From contig OX597836.1 of the NCBI GenBank assembly GCA_951406725.2, forward strand, positions 19,964,001 to 20,028,000: a DNA stretch of 64,000 nt, given 5' to 3'. A model generated the notes under the pieces. That model was given only the letters and a program-made list of their open reading frames with translations, did not search any database and had not been told where the DNA came from. Numbering within the stretch: position 1 is the first letter of the stretch; every line of letters begins with the position of its first letter. Source of the stretch: Octopus vulgaris. Its lineage: Eukaryota. The position numbers were made by a program, and so were the translations under genes. Of the stretch, positions 54,060-64,000 are shown piece after piece.

Positions 54060-54336
54060 CAGGGCTGTGGAGTCGAAACAACAAACTTCGCCTCTGACTC
54101 CTGTACTATTGGCACCTCTGACTCCGACTCCTCTCTATGTAATTGATTGTGGTCTACATATCTCATAAAATATATGCATACGCTTGTACTTTGAGTCGGC
54201 CTATATGTTATAACTGGTTTATATTAAAGAATAAAGACATTGTGAGTCGGAATCAGAGTCGGTATAGCTTTACCGACTCTGACTCCAGCTATCTCTTAAT
54301 TGTTTCCAACTCCACGACTCCGACTCCGCAGCCCTA
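54060..54336. mobile_element. hAT-like MITE with GGAGTC subterminal repeats
   Basis: TIRs cagggctgtggagtcg / cgactccgcagcccta; 8-bp TSD ttcttttg/ctcttttg. Confidence 0.8.
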
Positions 54337-55119
54337 CTCTTTTGTAATTTAACAGTTCAAAAATGTACAAAGTTTTCACACAAATGGCATTGTTGGTAAA
54401 AAGAATGTTTAATCGTTACGTTTGATGACTGATAGATTCAAGGAATGATGCTATCTTCTTTAGTCCGTAACCCAGGAGACTGGACGGAGTGCATATCCTT
54501 AACTTCAGTCAAATACTTTCTCTTTTCTCTTCAGAATTCTGTACATAGTTTAAGAATTTAAAGAATATCTCACGCGTATGGGTTTTTTTCCTTAACAGTA
54601 TTTCCAGATATTGGTGTTGTTTTAAAATGTCAAACTTATCTTCTAAACTTTTGGTTCTTAATTTCTTAGTTGATGTTTCCAACAGGGATAGCTTTCTTTC
54701 ATTCTTTTTGGCATGTTGGATAAAAAAAGGAGTGCCACAAATTCTAGCGAAAACACACACAAGCAATAAAGGAAAGCATTCTAAGTGGGATTGCCGAATC
54801 TCGACAATATTATTTAGCGGTTCGTTCAGTTAACTGATAATCGCATTCATGCACTTGAAAGTCATTTTTAGAGGTGGGGAGTGAAGTAGGTATTAAATTA
54901 GTTATGGATTTTTTAAAAAAAAGAAGTATAATAATTTTTCTTTTCTTAATTATTAAAATTTCTTTTTGCTGCAGAAAATTTCTGGTAAAATCGTTAACTT
55001 CTAAATCAGTAAGCTATAAATTATTTATTTATAGGAATGGTGAATCATGAAGCAAATAAAGACAAATAATAGCACGAAAATACTGAGTTAAAAACTCTTT
55101 GAATAGAGACAAATTGAAT

Positions 55120-55190
55120 GATAGCCGTGGAACTTGAACTCACACCTCCCGTAAACATAATAGACGTTCTACCATTGGACCAAAGCAATC
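55120..55190 (-). pseudogene. tRNA-like pseudogene or isolated SINE head
   Basis: 71 nt with A box tggtccaatggtag, B box gagttcaagttcc and partial acceptor stem; anticodon arm degenerate. Confidence 0.45.
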
Positions 55191-55308
55191 TTTCGAATTT
55201 CTTCGTCCAATTTAGAAACATTTTTTTTTTCTAACGAGAATTGTGTTTGCAAAGATTCTAAATTCTGATGACGTCAACAACCTACAATTCTTGCTGATAT
55301 CAATAAAG

Positions 55309-55700
55309 TTTACTTGTTTCAGTCATTTGACCGTGGCCATGCTGAAGCACCACCTTTAGTCGACCAAATCGACCCCAGGACTTATTCTTTGTAAGCCTAG
55401 TACTTATTCTATCGGTCTCTTTTGCCAAACTACTACGGGGACATATAAACACACCAGCATTGGTTGTCAAGCGATGTTAGGGGGACAAACACAGATACAC
55501 AAACACACACACACATACATATATATATACACATATATACGACGGGCATCTTTCAGTTTCCATCTACCAAATCCACTCACAAGACATTGGTCGGCCCGAG
55601 GCTATAGCAGAGGACACTTGCCCAAGGTACCACGCAGTGGGACTGAACCCGGAACCATGTGGATCGTAAGCAAGCTACTTACCACACAGCCACTCCTATG

Positions 55701-55703
<3 letters not shown>
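55309..55703 (-). mobile_element. SINE family A
   Basis: Full-length match. Confidence 0.9.
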
Positions 55704-55747
<44 letters not shown>

Positions 55748-55751
<4 letters not shown>

Positions 55752-55910
55752 CTTTATTGCCCACATGGGGCTAAACATAGAGAGGACAAACAAAGGGATT
55801 AAGTCGATTACATCGACCCCAGTGCAAAACTGGTACTTTTATTTATCGACCCCGAAAGGATGAAAGGCAAAGTCGACCTCGGCGGAATTTGAACTCAGAA
55901 CGTAATGACG
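55748..55910 (-). mobile_element. 5'-truncated SINE family C
   Basis: Tail and body match. Confidence 0.85.
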
Positions 55911-56013
<103 letters not shown>

Positions 56014-56547
56014 TCTATTCAATATTGATTTCAAATTTTGGTACAAGGCCATTTCAAAGGAGTGGCTAAGTTGATCACATCAAGTGGTACTTATCTTATT
56101 GACCACGCCAAAAGGATGCAAGACAAAGTCAACCTTGACAGAATTTGAATGCAGAACATTAAAACAGTCACAATGCTACTAAGCATTTTCCCCTGACATG
56201 CTCGTCACATTAATAGTCTATTTAATATCAGAGAATACTCAATGACTGCACTTATCTCTAAAACTAACACTAATCCTCACACTTATGCTAACCCATTCTC
56301 TAACCATAATCCTAGCCATAACCCTTATCATATACTATAAAATGCTGATGCCAGTACTTTACTTTTTTCTGTTTTTTTTTTTGTTGTTATGAAACCTCAG
56401 AAGTTTTGCTACAGTCCTCTAGTCTGTCAAATGTATGGTGTGTTGCTAAAATATGAGCCTTATTGAACTGTGAAACCCATTGAATTGACAACTGTATGGA
56501 GCACATCCTGTGGGACCCTACACACTGTGTGTATATGTGTGTTTGTG

Positions 56548-57130
56548 TGTGTGAGTAAATGTATGTGTGTGAGTAAATGTATGTGTGAGTAAATGTATGT
56601 GTGTGAGTAAATGTATGTGTATGTAAATGATTGTGTGTATGTATGTGCGTGAGTAAATGATGTGTGTGAGTATGTATGTGCGTGAGTAAATGTATGTGTG
56701 TGAGTAAATGTATGTGCGTGAGTAAATGTATGTGTGTGTGAGTAAATGTATGTGTGTGAGTAGATGTATGTGTATGAGTAAATGAATGTATGTGTGAGTA
56801 AATGTATGTGTGTGAGTAAATGTATGTGTGTGAGTAAATGTATGTGTGTGAGTAAATGTATGTGTGTGAGTAAATGTATGTGTGTGAGTAAATGTATGTG
56901 TGTGAGTAAATGTATGTGTATGAGTAAATGAATGTATGTGTGAGTAAATGTATGTGTGTGAGTAAATGTATGTGTATGAGTAAATGAATGTATGTGTGAG
57001 TAAATGTATGTGTGTGAGTAAATGTATGTGTGTGTGATTAAATGCATGTGTGTGAGTAAACGTATGTGTGTGAATAAATGTATGTGTGTGAGTAAATGTA
57101 TGTGTGTGATTATGTGTATGTAAATGATTG
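56548..57130. repeat. ~18-bp minisatellite (GTGAGTAAATGTATGTGT)n
   Basis: Directly visible, about 30 units of variable length. Confidence 0.95.
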
Positions 57131-57704
57131 TGTGTACATATGTGCGTAAAGATGTGTGTGTGCATACATATACATACACACACGCACACACACACACACA
57201 CACACAGGCCTAATATTGTTTGTGCATGCTTCCTATATATTTGAGTGTATATGCATACATATATATGTATGTGTACATGTACATATGTATATGTGTATAT
57301 ATATATATGTATGTGTATATGTGTATGTATGTGTATATGTGTATGCATATATATGTATATTTGTATGTATGTATGTGTGTGTATGTATGCATGTCTATGT
57401 GTGTGTTTATAGCGTGTGTATATATTAAATACTTTTGCATCTCCTTGCTCCTTTCTCTCTCTCTCTCTCTCTCTCTAATACACACACCCACAACCATGCA
57501 CAGCTCTCCTCTTGGAACACAGAGCTTACTAAAAAACCCAAATAATCCAAACAATCATATTTATTTTAGCACCGGATACAGGGCTTTGAAACTTAGCAAA
57601 CAGACCTCAAGGTTAACATGGCTAATTATTAAAAAAGGGGACAATAATCACCGAATCCCTCTATTTCTTCCTCCTCTTTCCTCTTTCTCATGCTGCTACT
57701 GGTT

Positions 57705-57805
57705 CTTATCATAGTCATCTGTCATTGTCGTTCTCGTCATCATCATCATCATTGTCGTCGTCGTCGTCGTCGTCATCATCATCATCGTCATCATCATCAT
57801 TATTG

Positions 57806-57847
<42 letters not shown>

Positions 57848-57979
57848 CCATCATCACCATCATCATTGTCATCATCATCATTATTGTCATCATCATCATC
57901 ATCGACATCATCATTATCACCATCATCATCATCATCGTCGTCGTCGTCATTATAATCATCATCGTCATCATCGTCGTCG

Positions 57980-58011
<32 letters not shown>

Positions 58012-58021
58012 ATCGTCATCG

Positions 58022-58071
<50 letters not shown>

Positions 58072-58205
58072 GTTGTTGTCATCAGTGATCAATCTCACCA
58101 TCACCTTAAGTATCACCATTACCATTGTCATCAACACCAACAACAACAAGAATAACAACACCAACACCACAACCATCACCACCATCACCATCATTATGGT
58201 CATCT
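57705..58205. repeat. (CAT/CGT)n trinucleotide microsatellite
   Basis: Directly visible. Confidence 0.97.
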
Positions 58206-58559
58206 TCACGACTCATTGTCACTATCAACATTTTCCATAGGTGCTTGTATGGCTGGTTGGTTAAGGATTTCCCTTTGTGTGGTACCTTGGGCAAGTATAT
58301 CTTCTTACAATGCCTTGTAAGTGAATTCAGTGGAGGGGTAACAATGTGGAAGTCCACCATGAATATATATGGAAAATAACAGCTGACAAGGGGCAGAGAT
58401 CAAACACTAAAGACCTAAAGAAGAACAACTTGCTCTTCTTCATCCCCCACCAATCCTCCCCTGCAATAAATGCCCTTGGCTCTTCTATGCCACCCTTGGT
58501 CTGATCAGCCATCTCAGGCACTGGCACTCTTCACACCCATTAAGAGGAAGAGATTCAAT

Positions 58560-58902
58560 CACTTGCTACAGATTAACTATTTGGACATGAGTTAATGCCA
58601 AGGGTCACTGCTGAGATGCTTGGGATGTTTGGCGGAGTAGGATTTGGCCTCTAGTTAATCAGGCTGTCCATGACGGAGTCATACCTAATGATTAGTGTAG
58701 CAGCAGTATAGCCAACTACTACAAAGGCAAAGGTGGTGCCTTGGACAGAGATAATTACTGATGCATCAAATTGTGGGACCAGGTGATGAAAGTCACAGAA
58801 AAGGTCATAGCTCAATTAATTAGGGTAGATGAGATGCAGTTTGAATTTGTGCCTAGTTGGAACATGACTGATGTTATATTCCTGGTTAAGCAACTGCAGG
58901 AG
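58560..58902 (+). pseudogene. RTE LINE reverse transcriptase N-terminal relic
   Basis: YKGKGGALDRDNY*CIKL..QVMKVTEKV...EMQFEFVP..MTDVIFLVKQLQE. Confidence 0.85.
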
Positions 58903-59021
58903 GAGAAGGAGAAGAAGAAGAAGAAGAAGAAGAAGAAGAAGAAGAAGAAGAAGAAGAAGACGAAGAAGAAAAAGAAGAAGAAGAAGAAGAAGTCGTCGTC
59001 ACCACCACCACCACCACCACT

Positions 59022-59233
59022 ATTGTTTAACGTCCGTTTTCCATGCTGGCATGGGTTGAACAGTTTGACTGGGGACTGGCAAGCCAGGAGGCCTCACCAG
59101 GCTACCGTCTGATCTGGCAATGTTTCTACAATTGAATGCCCTTCCTAATGCCAACCACTCTGAGAGTGTAGTGGGTGCTTTTTACGTGCCACTAGCATGG
59201 GAGCCAGTCAGGCAGCACTGGCATTGGCCACTT

Positions 59234-59294
<61 letters not shown>

Positions 59295-59476
59295 ATCATC
59301 ATCATCATCGTTTAACGTCCGCTTTCCATGCTAGCATGGGTTGGACGATTTTGACTGAGGGCTGGCGAACCAGACGGCCGCACCAGGCTCCAATCTTGAT
59401 CTGGCAGAGTTTCTACAGCTGGATGCCCTTCCTAACGCCAACCACTCTGAGAGTGTAGTGGGTGCTTTTTACGTGA
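59022..59476 (-). mobile_element. Two tandem 3' parts of another SINE-like family (D); relative at ~62236-62470
   Basis: ggcgttaggaagggcatccagctgtagaaac...catggaaagcggacgttaaa then (tga)n tail. Confidence 0.75.
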
Positions 59477-60489
59477 ATAATTATAATAAATCGTAATAAA
59501 CTACTAAGTAATAATTAGAGGAGTAGGATAATTTCAGAGTAGATTTGTTGAAGATTGAATGATTCTTATGGAGACATGGAAAGTTAGAGTCTACTATTTG
59601 AAAAATGGTTTTGGTTAAGCCAATTATCGTTTAAAGCGAAGGGAGGTGTAAGCCAGGGAATCAATCTTCTCCCACTTTTATTAGGCTATCTTGTGATAAC
59701 CTAATGCTCACAAGAAAAAGCTAAGCTTTTTTATGATGAGGAAAGCACGTGATTAGTCGTTAAGGACAATCTTGAATTTGTTATTCTCATCAAGAGGATC
59801 CAAATTAAGACAGTTATATACACAAAAACTGTGTTACTTCATCTGATGCATCATGTAATTTATAATTAACCTTGGCGCCCAATTCTCGTTAATTTTACCA
59901 TGTTAGATATTGGTTTTTAATATTCAATACGGGGTCTCAAATGCAAGAAGCACATGTGTAAATGTACGAGTACGTGGGTAGAGATGTGTGTGTGTGTGTG
60001 TGTGTGTGAAAGTGGATATATGTGTTGTGGGGGGGGGGATACCACTGGATTACATTCATGCTTCTCTTAGCAGGAATACTAACATATCTGAGATGAAATA
60101 ACAGTAATTAGTAAAATGAAACTGACATGTGGACTTGGTTCTTAAGGATATTGGTAAGCCATTTCTATGAAAACGTCCGTCAAGTACAAAAATAACAAGC
60201 CTGATATATGGTTTTTAGGGAGCAGATCATATACGTATACACACGCACACACACACACACACATATGAATGCGTGTATGTATGTATGTATATATATTTAT
60301 GTACTGTTAAAGGAGTCAATTGTACTTCTAGTGGGAAAGCAAATTCTTTTTTTTTTAAATCAACAAGAAGGAAAATATTTATGACCGACTTTTTTTTTTT
60401 TAATCCCTTAGTCATGAAGAATGGCAGGGGCCAGTCAACACCCATGAATCTTTCCAGGGATTCCAAGATTGGCAGAAGTGAAAGAGGGA

Positions 60490-60810
60490 TTGAAGGAAGG
60501 AAGGAAGGAAGGAAGGAAGGAAGGAAGGAAGGAGTGAAGGAAGGAAGGAAGGAAGGAAGGAAGGAAGGAAGGAAGGATGGATGGAAGGAAGGAAGGAAGG
60601 AAGGAGTGAAGGAAGGAAGGAAGGAAGGAAGGAAGGAAGAAAGAAAGAAAGAAAGGAAGGAAGGAAGGAAGAAAGGAAGAAAGAAAGGAAGGAAGGAAGA
60701 AAGAAAGAAAGGAAGGAGGGAAGGAAGGAAGGAAGGAAGGAAGGATGGACAGACGGATGGATGGATGGATGGATGGATGGTGGGAGAGGAACAAAGAAAG
60801 GAAGGAAGTT
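60490..60810. repeat. (GGAA)n/(GGAT)n microsatellite
   Basis: Directly visible. Confidence 0.97.
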
Positions 60811-60948
60811 CTGAAACCCAGTGATTTGCATGAACGCTTGCACCAGAGTGGACTCCTCCTCCAATGGCACACAAGGAGCAAAAGGCACCAAGGTGGTAAT
60901 GATGTATTAATTGGATGATGTATTAAGTCTTCCTCTGACATAGGCCAT

Positions 60949-61382
60949 GGTGGGATTTGAACTCAGAACTCAAAGATCCAGATCAAATACTCCAAGGTGT
61001 CACACCCAACACCCTCAGCAATTCCTCCAGTTTTAGTTAAATGTACTAAAAGCCTTCCAAGATTTTCAAGGATGCCAATGTCATGATTTCCATTTAGTTT
61101 ATTACAAAAGGAAATAGCTCAAATTTGATTGGAGATATTTCCTTTTGCTTGACGCAAAATACAACTGGGTGGGATTTGAACTCAGAACTCAAAGATCCAG
61201 ATCAAATACTCCAAGGTGTCACACCCAACACCCTCAGCAATTCCTCCAGTTTTAGTTAAATGCACTAAAAGCCTTCCAAGATTTTCAAGGATGCCAATGT
61301 CATCATTTCCATTCAGTTTATTACAAAGGGAAATGGCTCAAATTTGATTGGAGATATTTTCTTTTGCATGACACAAAATACA
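60949..61382. repeat. Recent 219-bp tandem duplication
   Basis: Two near-identical units starting at 60949 and 61168. Confidence 0.95.
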
Positions 61383-61543
61383 TATATACACAACTGCTTT
61401 TATTATAGGTACGACGCTCTAGACTGGTACTTAATTACATAATTTTTACCAAACTTGGGAAGAATAAAAGACAAAATTGATCTCAGCAGAATTTTAACTC
61501 AGAATGTAAAAAACTGGAATAACTGACATATGGTTTTTCAAAT

Positions 61544-61604
61544 GTCACACTGATGACGGGAAGTAAGTAAATTAAATACTTTGATCTCGAAACGCGTCTG
61601 TGGC
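61544..61604 (+). ncRNA. Type I hammerhead ribozyme
   Basis: gtcaca-CTGATGA-c-ggga...aagta(aattaaa)tactt...tctc-GAAA-CGC-GTC-tgtggc; predicted GUC cleavage after 61598. Confidence 0.82.
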
Positions 61605-61782
61605 TAATCGAAGTCATGTTGATTCATAATTTTTCTCTTTGCCTACGTAAAAAAAGTGTGTTACTCTCTGGGAGATTCTTACAGTAGTAGAAAAGGAATT
61701 TTTAACTCCTATTTCTAAATTTGGTATGTGGTGAAACAATTAGTTGACCCCTAATTATAATTATGTTTATAATTATAGAATA

Positions 61783-62154
61783 CTAGCAGTATCACCCGGC
61801 GTTGCTCAGGTTTGTTTCGACCCTTTAGAATTGGAATTTTTGAAAAGTAAAAATTTTGCATTATGTAGCTTGTTATTCTCTTTAAGTGAACATTTTTCTG
61901 GTTGAAATACACCGAAAAATGGCGACACAGCAGTCAAAAGATCGTAAAAAATAGGGATTTTCGTAGAAAAAAGCACCTTTTTGATGTAAATAATTTTTGG
62001 TGTTAACATGGTCCGATTTGAATTTTATCATCTACGGAAGGAAGAATAAGCCTTCTTCTATCATACTCTCAATTTTGGTCAATAGGAGATAGTGTTAGTT
62101 GAAGGCTGCCAAACTTGCTACACACAGACAACTTCAGCTTTATATATATAAAGA
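61783..62154 (-). mobile_element. Non-autonomous Helitron, third family
   Basis: A|TCTTTATATATATAAAGCTG start, hairpin and CTAG|T end. Confidence 0.88.
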
Positions 62155-62659
62155 TTTGTAAAATATTACCTATAAAGGTTTTTCAACTAGTGCTCTAATG
62201 AATCTGGTCTGAAATTTACAGCTCTGCTACCTCTATCATCATCATCATCATCCTCATCATCATTCAACATCCAATTTTCCATGCTTGCATGAGTTGGGTG
62301 GAGTTTCTTGAGGAGGATTTTCTATGGCTAGATGCCCTTCTTGTCACTAATCCTCACCTGTTTCCAAGTCAGGTAATATTTCCCCATGACCAGATACATC
62401 TAAGAAGATTAGAAACAAAGGACACTGCTTATATGACTGTGAAACTGGCTTACCACTACCACATGATGTCACGGTAAAGAGACAGTGACACACACATATA
62501 CAAACATACTTCATATATATAAACACCAGGCCATGTGCCTCTGTGTGTGTGTGTGTATCCATCCATCCATCTATCTATCTATCTGTATGCATGTATATAT
62601 GTATCCATCCATCCATCCATCCATCCATATATATATATGTATGTATGTATGTATATATG

Positions 62660-62704
<45 letters not shown>

Positions 62705-62715
62705 ATATGTATATA

Positions 62716-62864
<149 letters not shown>

Positions 62865-62865
62865 G

Positions 62866-62935
<70 letters not shown>

Positions 62936-63097
62936 TGTATGTATGTATGTATGTATGTATGTATGTCATAATTCAGTTTTATTTCAAGATTTCTTGCCAA
63001 CAGAGAAAGACCAAGTCTTCTTCATTGGAATTTCAACATCAAGAAATCTTAAAATAAGACTGAACAATGACAAACATACATAAAAAATACCAAAGCC

Positions 63098-63128
<31 letters not shown>

Positions 63129-63423
63129 TATGATGATGATGATGATGATGATGACGATGATGACGATGACAACTACAATGAGGAGGAGGAGGAAAATTAG
63201 AACCCTTGAGTCACAGATAAAATGTCAGTTTCCCTATATTGAGACCTCACCCCAGCATCCCTGCCTTACTGTGTGTGATAAACATCTACTAGTGTTTCAA
63301 TACAACAATACTAAATCTTTCCAACTCCTACATAATATGCATGTACATACAAGCATACATACATACACACTCATATATGTGTATATATTTATATATAATG
63401 TCTATATATTATTTATATAGGTA

Positions 63424-63815
63424 CAGGCGTGTGGCTGTGTGGTAAGAAGCAGGCTTCACAACCACATGGTTCCAGGTTCAGTCCCACTGCATGGCACCTT
63501 GGGCAAGTGTCTTCTACTATAGCCTCAGGCCAACCAAAGCCTTGTGAGTAGATTTAGTAAACAGAAACTGAAAGAAGCCCGTCATATATATATATATGTT
63601 TGGGTATCTGTGTTTGTCCCATGCCATCATTTGACAACTGATGTTGGTGTGTTTACGTCCCTGTAACTTAGCGGTTTGGCAAAAGAACTGATAGAATAAA
63701 TACTAGGCTTACAAAGAATAAGTCCTGGATTGATTCGTTTGACTAAAGGCGATGCTCCAGCATGGCCACAGTCAAATGACTGAAACAAGTAAAAGGATAA
63801 AAGAATAAAAGAAAT
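63424..63815 (+). mobile_element. Diverged (CpG-depleted) SINE family A
   Basis: Collinear with younger copies, many CG>TG/CA changes. Confidence 0.9.
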
Positions 63816-63839
63816 AATGTGTATATATTATCATCATCA

Positions 63840-63885
<46 letters not shown>

Positions 63886-64000
63886 GTATATGTGTGTGTG
63901 TGTGTGTGTGTGTATGTAAATGTGTGTATGTATATATATATTTGTATTTATATATATGTGTGTGTGTGTATATATATACATATATATATGAATATATATA

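Noticed and set aside
54360-54860. Possible hAT transposase relic on the minus strand
   Set aside because: Only a weak SGNTVK-like motif; cannot support a call
56262-56330. TAACC(C)-like telomeric repeats
   Set aside because: Short and degenerate; not a telomere array
57690-58209. Poly-His, poly-Asp and poly-Met ORFs
   Set aside because: Open in several frames because of (CAT)n; no exon evidence

Overview
AT-rich, repeat-dense eukaryotic DNA. The SINE families and very high microsatellite density suggest an octopus (cephalopod) genome; this is inference, not verified. Almost all ORFs in the track are microsatellite or SINE artefacts. The one well-supported host coding exon (1685-1839, minus strand) encodes the VIT domain of an inter-alpha-trypsin inhibitor heavy chain (ITIH)-like protein. 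A TATA-linked signal-peptide exon at 41345-41398 joins it in frame, which would make ~39.5 kb of the window a first intron. The rest is a transposon landscape: several tRNA-type SINE families, CR1-group, RTE and R4/Dong LINE relics, Helitrons, a Tc1 relic, and hAT, Merlin-like, piggyBac-like and Tc1-like MITEs. The most notable signal is nine type I hammerhead-ribozyme-like motifs in about five short repeat families, probably Penelope-like pLTRs. They include canonical copies at 12332, 48276 and 61544, a G3:C8 core-swap variant at 24077, and minimal U4C and A6U variants. Also notable are a 5S rRNA-derived head fused to the major SINE's tail (candidate SINE3) and a LINE 3' end matching that tail. 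All alignments and folds were done by eye; SINE family letters are my own labels.
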